Assembly: GCA_020137815.1 (NCBI GenBank)
Contig: CM035357.1
Span: 2,294,001 to 2,358,000, forward strand
Direction of reading: 5' to 3'
DNA from: Hormiphora californensis
Lineage: Eukaryota > Animalia > Ctenophora
DNA length: 64,000 bases
The translations under genes and the position numbers were made by a program. A model generated the notes under the pieces. It was not told the DNA's origin. It saw only the letters and a program-made list of their open reading frames with translations, and did no database searches. Below, one piece after another: positions 23,701-48,809 of the stretch (position 1 is the stretch's first letter; every line of letters starts with the position of its first letter).

Positions 23701-26700
23701 TGGGAAAAAAATTTTTGGGAAAAAAATAAAAAAAAAATTTTGGGGGTAAAAAGTGATTTGTAAAAAAATAAGGGGGGTAAAATAAAAGGGGGGCGGGTAA
23801 CAAAAAAAAATTAAAGAAGTGCCTGGGTGTAAAAAAGTCTTTTTGGGGTTTTTAAAGGAGGCCCCCCCAGAAAAATAGAAATGCGGGGTAATTTCCTAAT
23901 TTTGGGGGGGAGGTGTTTTTGGAGATTTAGGCCTAGTTGGGTTTCCCCTGGAACTCTTTTTTTTGGGTTTATCATTTGGGCTTTAAACCCCAAAACCCTC
24001 AATCTTTCCCTATCGGACCCCCGTTGAATTCCCCAAAAAGTTTCAATTTCACCTATGACCTGTAACCAATAGGAAACCACTTTGAACCGTGGTATTTTTA
24101 AACCTCAGAAAGGAACGGGGAAATTGACAAAAATCTATCCCGTAAATTACCCAGCTGATTTTTTTGAGAATATTCCTAAAAATATCTTTTTCTCGATCTA
24201 AAATGATAATATCCCTATCTATCCCTTTTTATGGGCCCCCCAGGGGGGTATTTTTCCATGCTAAAAAATCCTGTTTTGGAGGGGGGTTGTTCCCTTTCTG
24301 AAACCACTGTACTTCCGGAAACAATAGAAGGGGAATTTCACGGGGACCGGGAAAAAATGTGTAACAAGATTTTTCTAACGCCATGTCTCAGAATGGATCC
24401 CCTAACGACCCCAAACCAATGTAAATGAGCAAGGGTGCAAGTTCATTTCCAGGTGGGCTGGCCTTTTTTTTCCAACCTGGGGCCCCAAAAACCATAAGCC
24501 CCTTTAAAAATAGGAGTGAGATGAAACGAGGGCCAGAGTATCGCGTCTCGATTGGGGGGGTAGGTGCCGGAATTAAAACTCTATTTATCGGTAAATTTGA
24601 TAATTTATAAATTTGGTTGCGCATAACGTTTTTTGACAATAGGCTTTACCACTTAAAATGGTTTGGGGGGACGTTTCATTGGGGGCCATTTTGTAGGCAA
24701 AGGGGAATTTATGGGGGTCGCGTCGGACTTTTTAAACCTATCTTTAACCGTTGCCCTTTTCCCGGCTTTTAAAAAATGCTCCAATTACAAAATACTAAAA
24801 ACCCGATTTTGAACACGTAAAGCCAAAAACGGCTAAACAGTGAAGATAAGCTTAAAAGTCCGACGTCGACCCATAAATTCCCTTTGCCTACAAAATGGCA
24901 CCAATGACAAGTGCGCCAAACCATTCTTAGTGGCTATAGCCGTAATACCAAAAAACGGTATGCCCAAACCTAATTATCCCATTATCTAATTAACCAGATG
25001 AGATAGAGACTAATTCCAGAACCTCCCCCCACTAATTTTAGGACGTTGATCATTTTAGTGCCCTCGTTTTTCCTACTCCTTTCCTAAGTGGCTATAGCCG
25101 TGATAGCCACAAACGGTTATGTGCAACCTAATTATCCAATTTCTAATTAACCATATGAGATCGAGACTAATTTCCGGCACCTACCTTACCCCCACTAATG
25201 CGACGACGCTGATCCTCTAGTGGGCCCTCGCTTTCTCTCTAATCTCCTATTTTAAATGGTTTTGGCCTCATGTTGAAACACAGTACCACGCACGGAAAGG
25301 AGGCCTTAGCACCCTCTGCTCAATTTGAGCATGGTTGGGATCGTTAGATGGGTCCATTCTGATACAATGGTGGTTGGAAAACTCTTGTTACACATTTTTC
25401 CAGGTTTGGGAAAAATTGTCTTAAAAATCCCTTACTATAAGGGAATATGAATTATGATAGGGCCAGGGGACAGCAAGATGATATGTGGATGGTGCAGGTC
25501 CCATCCACCCCCTTTGGGAAGAAGGAGAGAAGATGCGAGATAGAGAGATGATATCGATAGAGCGAGATATCGACGATCGAGGATATAAGAGAGAGAGAGA
25601 GCAGAGAATAGGAGGAGATATGAGGGAGCGCTATATGGCGCTCGAGCTCGCTCCCTCTCTCCTCGATCTCTCTCTCTCTCTCTCTCTCTGCTCTGCTCTC
25701 GTATCTCTCTCTCGCTCTTCTCTCTCTCTCGCGCGCGCTCCTCTCTCTCGCTCTCGCTCTCTCTCTCTGCTCTATCTCTCTCGCCGCTCGTCGCTCTCTC
25801 TCTCCTCTCTCGCTCTCTCTCTCTCTCGCCTCTCGCTCTCTCTCTCGCTCTCTCTCTCTCTCCTCTCTCTCTCTCTGCTCCTCTCTCTCGCTCTCTCTCT
25901 CTCTCCCTCTCTTCTTCTCCCCTCCCCCCTCTCTCGCACTACAGAGGGCTAGCTGGAAATCAGGAAATCGTTAAAGCTATAGAGATCAGCTAGAGCTCTC
26001 GCCACACTTTTTCCCAAACTCTTTTCATTGTTTTTCGTTTGTACACTCCTCTGCCCAAGAATAGCAGCGTGCTGCAACACGTGACATGCCATCTGACCGC
26101 TTAACTCCATTGTAGCTTTGTAGAACAATGGCTTAAGTGACGCCTCTTCCACAAAGCGGTACTCGGCACCGTCTCCCGGGGGAGGAGGCGTAAATGGGCA
26201 AGGGAGAGCCCATTACCCAGCTGTCACGTGGGCTGATAATGGGGGCACGTGATGCCCAACAACGCACTCAGTGCGTTCCTGGGCATCACGTGTCTCTCTG
26301 TACTGTTCTCTTTCCCTGTTTCTTACTGCTAGGCAAGAGCTCAGTCTCTACACTTCTCTCCAGCAGCAGAATCAAGTTATACTTATAACCTGCCTGACAC
26401 CGCAGACCCCATCTGAGCAAACTATAGCGCACTTATTTGAAAATCAAATCGGGGTCTGGCGTCGCCAGACAGTTTATAACACGATTAATCGACTGCATTA
26501 TAATGATATTTTTGATTCCTGTTGCTCCTATTTTCTTAGTTCAAAAACCACAATTGCACATTTGTCCATGTCACCAAACTGTCTTCTATATGCAGTAGTA
26601 GGGTAGCGACTGGCTATTTGAAATGGCGGCTAATTTGAAACACCCCCTCTACAGGCCAGCAGGTGCACCAGATTTGGATTTTAGACATCAGTGGGCTTGG

Positions 26701-29700
26701 TATGGGTTCTGACTAGCCCATTGATGTCTAAAAATCCAAACCTGGTGCACCTGCTGGCCTGTAGAGGGGTTGTTTCCAATATATACCCTATATACCGCGC
26801 AGCCCAAAAAAAACTAAGGGTACGTTGGCCTTCTTTTCTCCCAGAATTTTAATTTCAATCACTCTGATATTTTGTCACAATATTTGTATGGTTACTCATT
26901 AAATCATAAAAATTTAAAGTTCAGTAATGAACCCATTTTTTTCGTTTTTCGGGTTTTCCCACGTTCTCATGGTTAAATTCGATTTTATTCTTTAAAAAAA
27001 CAACCATGCATCAGAGTAAACATTAATAAATCGCAATCCGAGTTTTTATTAAAAATGAATAAAGTTTAGTTGGTGAAATAAATGATTAAAAATTGTCATT
27101 TTTACCAAACATCGTACGGCCATTACACTTAATCGATATTGATGTCAGCCAGAATTTCGGCTCTCTATCTAAAAATTCATTTTTACGACTATATAATGAA
27201 TCCTAAATGAACTTGAAAACAAGAAAGCTATTCCCAACCGGAATTTGGGTAACGAATTTGGGTAACGATTTCCTTTCAAACGCGACTAATTTTAGCTCAA
27301 TTGGACCACCACAAGTGACCCCTATTGAACCGCTAGCGTCATTAATAAGTGCCAATATATAAGCAGGTGTAACGGTCGCGTATCACGTATCACATCTGCT
27401 AATTAGGACGGTATACCGATACAGCGTCCGTTAGAATGTAAGTTCTCTAATCTCTTGCTAACACATCATAATTTAATGGGATCACATGACCCAACCTAGA
27501 CTTGGTAAACTGGTCACTGTGATTCTTGTGGTGATCCAATTAAGCTCAAACTGGTCGCGTTCGAAAGAAAATCGATAGCCAAACAAATTCGTATAACTTT
27601 GGTACCAAAATATGGCCCCGTTTTGGGGTTCATTAAATGTTCGTTTGGGCGAAAAAAAATGAACTTTCATCCAGAGGGCTGAAACTCTGGATTCCTCGAA
27701 TGAGTAACCTTACAAATATTGTGACAAAATATCAGAGTGATTCAAATTAAAATTTTGGGATAAAAGAAGGCCAACGTACCCTTAGTTTTTTTTGGGCCAC
27801 GCGGTATGATAATAAATAACAGCATTCAATAAATATCACAGCCCTCCCTGCTCCCCAGTGGTCTTTGCACAGCTTACAAAATGCTTAGATTGTGTATGAT
27901 AATCTTAGAAATGACCCATTGCCAAATATCAGGTCTCCAGGAAATCCAGTCAGTATTGAAAATTTCATACCAATATATACAGTCAGTGTCTGACAACTTC
28001 TTTTGAGGTATTTTTAGTCGAGGTTTTACACCCTTCCAGGACACCGCGTCGCCAGATTATACACAGCTAGCTGTATGTGGGTTGTGGTCGATTTTTGATC
28101 TCTAATCTGTCAGAGCGTTGGCCTGACCCTATACTCTCATTTCGAGAACCGCGGCATTTGTCCGACCGCGGCATTGGTCCGAAAGTGTCTAATGGCTGCG
28201 TTTAGACACTGACTACCGAGGAAGCCCGGTACAAAGATAATAGTCTGGGATAGTTGGGGGATAGGCAATAACTCCTCTGCAGCTGGTTCTCTAAACCCTG
28301 AATGTTGTTGGGTGCACCTCGGCAAATAACGATTTGTGGGAGACGTACTATAGACGTCTATAATACGTCTATGATACGTCTATGATACGTCTATAATACG
28401 TCGCTACAACGGTAGTAGCGACGTATTATAGACGTATCATAGACGTATCATAGACGTACTACCGACAGACGTATTACCGATAGACGTACTCGAAGACGTA
28501 CTAAAGACGTCATACGTAGTCATACGTAGTATAGACGTAGTATAGACGCCTTAGCGACGAGAAAAACATATTATAGACGTACTATAGACGTACTTATAGA
28601 CGTTACGTCTCAACAAAAACCTCATTGCTCGAGACGCACTATAGATCAATTTACAAACTTTGGGATATTCTCAGGAAGTTAATAGACGCTTTTCAAAAAT
28701 TCGTCGATAATACGTTTATACTACGTCTCATCAGATCTTCTACTTTCCACGTTGATGATGCGTCTATATTACGTCTGACATTATAGACGTATTATAGATG
28801 CATAATAGACGTACAAAGCAAAAGAATTTGGCGAGACGTATTATAGACGAATTTTCAAAAAGTTTCCTTGGGATGTGCCAAAGTTTCTGAAGGCGTCTTT
28901 GATACGTCTAAAATTGCCGATAGTGCGTCTTGCAATGGTTTTTTTGTTGAAACGTAACGTCTATAAGTACGCCTATAATAGTACGCTACTACGTCTCCCG
29001 CAAATCGTTAAATTTGCCGCGCACCCCTTCCCCCATGGCAAATAGCTGTTTTTATTTTCTACTTTGGAATTATTTTTGTTTGAGCTTATATATATATTAC
29101 GTGATGAATACTTGAAGTTTCATACTCAACTCTTTTAGTTTCACGATATGTTGGTATTTGTTACACTTCTTACGGGAGTTATTGGATTGGCGAGTATATT
29201 GGAGGCATTAGATGTTCACGCAGCAACCCCAGATCCGGATAAGTGTGAATTAGTGGAGGTTGGTGGATATCTTCACGAACAGTGTTCCCTCACCAATACT
29301 ACAACATACTACAAATGCCCACTATCAAATTNNNNNNNNNNNNNNNNNNNNNNNNNNNNNNNNNNNNNNNNNNNNNNNNNNNNNNNNNNNNNNNNNNNNN
29401 NNNNNNNNNNNNNNNNNNNNNNNNNNNNNNNTTCTCAAAACATCAGCTGGGTAATGTGACGGAGATGGTATCTTTGTCACATTACCCACGTGCCTTGTTG
29501 AGTTAAACAATACCACGTGTCACAAGTGGTTTCCTATTAAGTGTTACAGGTCACTAGGTGAATTGAAACTTTTCAGGAATTCACGGAGTCCGATAGGGAA
29601 AGATTGAGGGTTGCGTTGAAAGCCCAGATGAGTACCACCTCATACTCAGACGAATTCAAGGGTACCCAACCTGAGGATATACCTGCTCTTCAAAAACACC

Positions 29701-30352
29701 TCTCCCAATATAGGTATATTGTACCCTGCAGTTTCTATTTTGTCTGGAGGCCTCCATTTAAACCACAAGTAGTAGGTTTCTACGACGCCAAACAGCTTCT
29801 TTTAACGATTTATTGTTTGTCTATCCACGCCAACCTGGCTTCAATTATACCACAAATTATTGTTTGTCTATCATCATCAATTTTACCACAAATTGCCTAG
29901 TGTCGCCGAGAAGGAGGTGCCTCTGAATACTAGCATGAGGGAGCATTACCCAACACCATCCATCCAGAAGCCCCTACTAAACCCATTCGACCGATATGGG
30001 TCTAACTTCAACAAACAAGAGGTAGGGATGTAAGCTAGTGGTGAAACAGTTCTAACCCCCCCCCCCCCTTACTCATCAACACCCAATAAGCTAGGACTAG
30101 TTCTCCTCACCCACCCCCGTACTTAATATATAGAAACCACAATGACCTATGAGGCCCTGTAAAGCACTGCGTGCAGTGATGCCAGGCAACTAATTAGTCC
30201 AGGTTTTGGGGTGAAACCTCTCTAACACATCTCTCTCCCGTTTCCAGCACGCCGTGGGTATCTCACCATGTATCAGCCGGAGCCGAGATCTACTCCGGAT
30301 TCCAAGCCGGGGTAATACAACCTACAATACCCATTTCCTACCACCCCAGTAA
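17514..30352 (+). CDS. TEX26: TEX26-like (testis-expressed 26) ciliary/flagellar protein, interrupted by an assembly gap
   Basis: Exons 17514-17561 (tentative start), 18948-19032 (ESKTSYRAEF..KPDPILSG), exon 3 partly in gap (ends 29467; noisy inverted copy ~24130-24325), 29577-29713 (VALKAQMSTTSYSDEF), 29901-30021 (NTSMREHYP..DRYGSN), 30248-30352 (AVGISP..TTYNTHF, TAA). Motif order matches my recollection of TEX26. Confidence 0.65.
18150..18777. mobile_element. Palindromic MITE with 9-bp TSD (Mutator-like)
   Basis: TTGGTGACATAGACACC...GGTGTCAATGTCACCAA. TSD CCTGAATAT (18141-18149, 18778-18786). Relatives at 49167-49823 and 58606-58656. Confidence 0.88.
19660..22978 (-). pseudogene. GRL101/LGR-type class A GPCR with Cys-rich LDLa-like ectodomain; heavily frameshifted as assembled, probably by sequencing error
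   Basis: Across frames: CDG..DC...DE repeats, then YGNDGVCVFKYLV, LVNFLC..ILVSYGYI, ILTDFFCWVPLSIV, IIPINSVINPLLYD, stop at 19660-19662. One intron ~20198-20336. A clean copy of its 5' end is at 29148-29331 (+). Confidence 0.75.
23700..25950. other. Low-quality, fold-back-like assembly segment
   Basis: Homopolymer-inflated reverse complement of ~29432-29900 at ~23700-24170. 24340-24790 mirrors 24810-25410. Garbled (GA)n/(TC)n at 25520-25950. Confidence 0.75.
26637..26777. mobile_element. ~140-bp hairpin MITE
   Basis: GAAACACCCCCTCTACAGGCCAGCAGGTGCACCAGATTTGGATTTTAGACATCA... paired with its reverse complement across a short loop. Confidence 0.75.
26793..27806. mobile_element. ~1-kb non-autonomous TIR element (Tc1/mariner-like)
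   Basis: ~110-bp TIRs TACCGCG..GCCCAAAAAAAACTAAGGGTACGTTGGCCTTCTTTT at both ends. No ORF. Confidence 0.8.
28310..29026. mobile_element. MITE with numerous subterminal AGACGT repeats
   Basis: Ends GGGTGC..CGGCAAAT.AACGATTTG.GGGAGACGTA and its reverse complement. Absent from the homologous inverted segment at ~23085-23110 (empty site). Confidence 0.8.
29148..29331 (+). CDS. 5' end (signal peptide) of the LDLa-GPCR, running into the gap
   Basis: Open frame MLVFVTLLTGVIGLASILEALDVHAATPDPDKCEL...; inverted match to 22800-22978. Confidence 0.7.
29332..29431. other. Scaffold gap (100 N)
   Basis: Run of exactly 100 N; true size unknown. Confidence 1.
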
Positions 30353-31961
30353 TTGTGACGTATAGTGCAGGATGATAATATACCCCGTGGCACCCAGTAG
30401 TAATAGTGATGCAGTGGGATGATACTATATCTTGAACCTCTAGTTCTACCAAGTAGAAAGTGACACTATACCGCTGCACCCCAAGATTCAAGCAACAGTA
30501 TAGCGATCAGGTGTACGTACGGTTGGTTAATATGGACACAATATGCCATGGCCCATGATTATAATTTGGTTGTTGTCTCAGACAAAAGAAAAGGCCTTGT
30601 TTTTTTCGTTGAGAAATATAGATCGGGTTAATCATTTGGTATACATCATCCAATATATCTACCAATTTGTACCAAACTGTACCAAACTGTACCAATCTTA
30701 TTATTGCGAACACACACACACTATCATTTTGTGAACACTAACTTTTACTAACACACTCCCTCACTCATTCATTCACACAATATATATTGCCGGGATAGAG
30801 CTGATTTTGTAATCACAAGAATCATGATTTAGTCAGGTCTTCCCTGGCAAGTGTCAACTCACGAGCAACAGCATATCTAGCTGTAGTTATATATCAAAAA
30901 ATATACCTGTTGGCCCTTTCCATACACACACACACATACAGAACATAACAAAACTCTACAAAAAACAGCTTAGCTCTAATCTAGAAGCTTTATATAATAA
31001 TGTTCATAACATTAACACTTACAGCTCAAGTGCACTGTTAAAGTACAAAATTTAACCCAATTCTCATCAGGTCTATTTATAGATCTCATCATAGGTCTTT
31101 TCAAAACAAACACAACTTTTGTAACGTTTCATCCCGCCTAATTTCCCCAATTCATGCAAGAAACAGCGGGAAGCGGGCTTTATAGGAATTCATATCACAC
31201 AATGTTTCACACAAATGCCAAGCACAGACCCTAACTCAAAACACTGCTCTAACCAGGGCTAAATGGCGGCGCCGACGACCCGATTTGAGCGCACTGTTGC
31301 ACGCTCAAAACGGGGTCTGGCGCCGCCAAGCAGGAACATGTATATAGGATTTGAGTGCAAGACAACGAATACCAATAATATAATGATATATAAATATTAA
31401 GTTCTTACAAAAACTGCACACACTCTTCAATTATACTCTAACACAAACATGATACAATTAATTATTAAACTAGGTTGCAATTTTACACACAGTTAAGGTC
31501 GACTTTGGTGTAATTTTGCGTCGGGTATAATTATGGAAATAGTCTAAATATTTATGAGTCTAGATGGTGGTCTACAGTTTTCTCTCTCAAGGTATATATG
31601 GAAAATAGTTTTTTCGTATAGTGAATTGGTGTCAATTTGTTTAAAAAAGTGTTAAAAGTGTTAAAAAAGATGTCCCTGTACTACACATTAATTCTACCAA
31701 CTCCTTTTATCTACAATTAACCCTCGTCTAATGTAATATTGGTGTTCTTTCTTGTCTCCATTCTTACATTTCCTTATCTTGTTGTATGAAACTAGTACAC
31801 TATACATTCGTGTATTGTATTGCACGGTGTACTTGTATATTTTCATTTATACAAACTTCATTACACATTTTGGGCAGCACATCCCAGCACAAAGTCCATC
31901 TCCCCTCTGTGCATCTATTCACAACTTGATACTTCACATATATTCAGTAGATATATATCTC

Positions 31962-44208
<12,247 letters not shown>

Positions 44209-46008
44209 ATAGCTGCACTATTAGTAGAGTGGGTTAGAGCACAATTATAGCAGGATTATTAGAACTGGGTCAGCAGTATTTTGAAAATAATCAGTCCTAA
44301 TATAATTGGCGTAAGGAAAACCGGGAGCTAACAAAAAACACAGGTCAGATGGTAAAACTGACGGTTAGAAAGATAAAATAAAGAGATATGATAGTGTGTG
44401 AGAAATACTAGAGTATGATCTGATAAACGTGACGTCATACCACGTGACCAATATATTATATCATAAACCCAGATCTTGGGAAATGTAGCAGCAAAGTCGA
44501 GAAGAAATAGAGCGGGAAATGGATTTTAGAGCAAAAAACACAGTGGGATATGAAACTGAGAGACTGCATTAGTTTCGCCGACAAATTATACAGCCCACCC
44601 CGGTTCATGCAGACCCATATCAGATCATGGAAGAACAAGTATCAGATCTTTCAGATCTCAGGAAAACAGACAACTTCAAAAATAGATAAAGCTGAAACTA
44701 AATAAAATCCAAACTAAATAAAGCTGAAACTAAATAAATCTCAAACTAAATGCACCTTCTCAATTGTGAGAGGATCAGGTAGATATAAAATGAGGGAGCA
44801 CAGGATCACCACTGCTAGATAAACTGAGGGATCCCACTGAATATAAATAAGTGCGGTGTGGGAAAACATGAGCTCCTGGGATCAAATCAAACAAGCCAGT
44901 TAGCATCCCTCAATTAGTATCCCATCACATTCATATTCATAACCCAATCAACTACATCTGGATCATAGCTCTAACTACCACAATATTTGGATCAATTGGG
45001 AGAGGGATCAGAGAGCAATTGGGAGAGAGCGGAGTGAGCATGCGAGGTAGAGAGAAGTGAGAGGGGGGATGGAGAAAGAGGAGAGAAGTGAGGGGATGGA
45101 GAAAGAAAGAGGAGAGCGTGAGTTTGTGTGCACAGGGAGAGATGAGAGAGCCGAAATAGGAAAGGGGGGGGTGAGATACATACAGTGAAACGAGAGAGAG
45201 GGAGGAGAGGGAGTGAGATACATACAACCAAAGGGGAGAAAGAAGAGAGAGGGGAGAGAGATTGGAAGAAGAAGTGGGGGTGGGGCGTGATTAACTTGGT
45301 GAGCTCAACAAGTGATAGAAACAGCGGCGTAGAGGCGTGATTGAGGGAGTTATATAAAGAGAAACAGGGGGGACATTGACGGACTGCATCTAGTGTGAGC
45401 GTGTGTGTAAGTGAATAATTGATTCCAAGATAGGGCGAAGAAGAGAAACTAAAAGATAGAATTTAGGAGAAGTGAATTAGCGGGGGTGGAGCTAAAGACT
45501 TGAGAGGAGAGATATTTATAGAAACTAAGGTTGAGAGAGAGAAAAAGAGGAAGAGAGATTGAGAGATCCGAGAGAAATAAGTCTTACGAAAAGAACAGCT
45601 GCTGAAACAAAGAGAGATGAATGAACGAGCCAAAAAGATCTTTGACTCACAAGCACTCGAATCATACAAAAGCTCAAAAACCAAAAACAACTATCACAAC
45701 CCAAACCCAAATTAATGATTTGGTCCGAACTACAAATCTACAGCAGCTTTACCAAATAATGACACTACCCCCAGCTACTCCCCCTAGATCCATTATTGTC
45801 ACGCAAGCAAGACAATGCTGCGTGTGGCGATGTGTTAGCTGGCCTGCGTTAGCTGCAGTGCACTGTGAGGTAGTGAGTAGTAAGCACCAAAAAGCGCCTT
45901 GGTGCAGCTGTGCATGTTATACCACGTGATTTAGTTCTTTTCTCTCTCTCTCTCTCTCTTTCTCTCTCTATCTCTATCTTTCTCTCTCTCTCTCTCTCCC
46001 TCTTTCTT

Positions 46009-46042
<34 letters not shown>

Positions 46043-46208
46043 CCTTTTGACAAGACATGCACCATAGCTCCGTGGATCTTGTGACACGTGACAAGGAGAT
46101 CTATGTCACGTGAAATATGGGGGAGCATAGGGCAGAGTAGTTCTTCATGAAAGATTTTGGTTCATTTCAAAAGGAGAGAGAGAAGGATAAAGGAGGAGGT
46201 AGAGAGAA

Positions 46209-46267
<59 letters not shown>

Positions 46268-48317
46268 GAGAAAAAGAGAGATAGAAAAATAGAGAGAAGG
46301 GAGGAGGAGAGCTCTGATAGCGTATCGATTAGTATCAAAGAAAGGGTGTGATACTATTTGGTACTTCTTCTGACAAGCACCAATTGACCACTGTACTGTA
46401 ACCAATTACGGAAACCAATTAGTGAATAATTAGGGTTCATTACATCAGGTGGTGGCCTCCTGGAGTATCAATTTCAAATTGGGGCCGTGGGAGGACAAAA
46501 GGAGGAACAGAAATATGAACACTTATAATAATAGAATTGAATACGGTTGGGAGGGGCTAGTGTACTATAAAGCCGAATCCGAGCCAAAGGCCAAGTAGCA
46601 CTAATAATACCTCACAAATATTGTAAACGAGGGTTTGAACATTTAAAGAAGGTGGAAATGACTAAAAGACTAAAAGCATATTGAGGTAAACACCAGGGGG
46701 GGCGTGCTGCTGTAGAACGAAAGGGAAAAGGAGTGGTGTCGATATAACAAAGTGCTGGCGTGAGGTTTGCTAATAGAAACGCTTCCGGAAGAAGTTAACT
46801 TGAACCCAGGCCCCTGCAGCTGCAGCCAACACACTTGCAGCCAACACACACAGAGCTCTTCCTGAAACTACCCCTTCAGAAACATTGGGGTACACGATTC
46901 TCTCTACCCCCCTCTCTCTATCTCTCTCCCCCTTTTCTATCTCTCTCTCTCCTTCTCTCTCTTTATCTCACTCAGTCACACGTGCCGACACTGCTTTTAC
47001 TATTACTCACTCTGCACAACTAAGCTTTAGCTACCCCCCATGTTGGTTAATACACTCATGCATAATTTCTGTACCCAAATTAAAAAGCCGCGACAATTAC
47101 CCTTGCAAGAAATATGTGTGCAAGCGAGTTAAAGAGAAAGCCTTTCTCAGATATAGGGAAGGAGAGAAATTAAGAAATTGAAAAGAGGGAGAGAAAGAGA
47201 GAAAGGGGAGAGAGAGGGGAGAGAGACAAGATGTCTAAAAATGTAGCGCTTGTTGCTTGTTAGGGCCTTCTGGGTTCAAACCCCTCAACCTCACTGTATA
47301 ACAATGGTTCCAGTGGAAAGAGTGGTTGTTTTGTTCAGACAAGGGTCGAGCAAGGCAAGAGACTGGAACCGTTTCAACCCAATCACTCAACTCTTTACCC
47401 CCTTGTGTGACAAGATCCGGAAACTTGATGATGCATGTTAATTGATTGGAGGGTGTTTGGCAAGCTTGTTTCCTGGATTGATGTGCTATTATTGATTTCA
47501 AAGTGGAGAGAGTAGGTCGTGTGGTTAGGGACAATCATAATACTGTTAGTATCAAGCAAGAGGAAGATATTATTTGACTGTCAAAATCAGAAAAAAAAGG
47601 TTTTTTAAATTTTAGATAACCTTATTCCCAAATGCTTGATAACAGATAACACGCTTTAGTGATTATAATTTTAGAGGCACCAGTGGTAAATAGGTAAATG
47701 GATGGTAAATGTATAGTCTGACGTCGATAGGAGCGGCCACTGGGAATCAGTCCTTGACAAACCACGAGGAGTCACCAGAAACTAAAACAGGCAAACACAC
47801 GTTGGGGCGGTGATCTTGACGCTTGTTAACATTTTAGTGTATTAACTAGACCGGTGTCAGTTCCTCACAGAGCCTCCCATCCCTGGAAACTATCCGTATC
47901 CAGTCCAAGATCGAATTGTTATTCTGTTTTGGGTATCCGAGTACCGGCGGGAGATCCGGAAATCTCTTCATCCATTCCCCAGTCCCCCAGAAGTACCTTG
48001 AATGGCAGTATATCGAAAGTATACCGAGATCCGCTAAGTTCACTTCACTGGGTAGTGTGTTCCAACTTCCATAGTCGACAGTCGTGAGTCGATATACAAA
48101 TGAACCGGAACGAGTTGTGGTACTTCATTGAAACTGACTTTTGAGTGATTGTGGGACATGTTGGGATTTCCGCTCCCCTCCCCGAGTCATGTTGTCGAAG
48201 CGGATGCCGATGTTGTTGGATTGCTTCTGGCTTCAGCGACCCTTTTTGGTTACACTTTGACCAACATGTGCGTTATTTTTATGCCTAAGCAGGGCCTCGC
48301 TCAGTGTGGGATAATTA

Positions 48318-48613
48318 TAGGGATCCCTAAAAAAGTTCAGTATTTACACAGAGTTTACACAGTCTTTACACAGTCATTACACCCAGAGCGGCGCGTGCTG
48401 TGTTTTGCGGCTTTTTCTAAGAAAATATTGGATTGTGTGCTGCACAATTGAGTAAATTGAGCGCTGCGGCGAAAAAAGTTTCCGAAAACGCTGCAAATCG
48501 AGTGCGAAAGACGCAGTCTTTACACCCAGAGCGGCGCGGGCGCTCTGGGTGTAACGACTGTGTAAAGACTGTGTAAACTCTGTGTAAATACTGAACTTTT
48601 TTAGGGATCCCTA
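48318..48613. mobile_element. MITE with ~80-bp TIRs
   Basis: TA|TAGGGATCCCTAAAAAAGTTCAGTATTTACACAGAG...CTGAACTTTTTTAGGGATCCCTA|TA. Confidence 0.82.
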
Positions 48614-48809
48614 TAATGCAGCAATTTTCGACTTTGGAGTTTCAAAAAAAACTTGAGCTCAGACTCAACAACAAATATAAATTTACGGTCGACGCGCTGC
48701 GCGGCGCAGGCTATGAATACGTGAGCCGCGCAATTTAATAATTATTTATTTCGCGCCTTACGTTCAAATCCAATAGTTTGATACGTCGCGCCCCTATCAC
48801 AGAGTCTGC

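Noticed and set aside
28340-29000. CRISPR-like repeat array
   Set aside because: Eukaryotic context, irregular short AGACGT repeats without unique spacers, inside TIRs.
47846-48270. Coding-looking minus-strand fragment
   Set aside because: Interrupted frames, no recognisable motif or splice structure.
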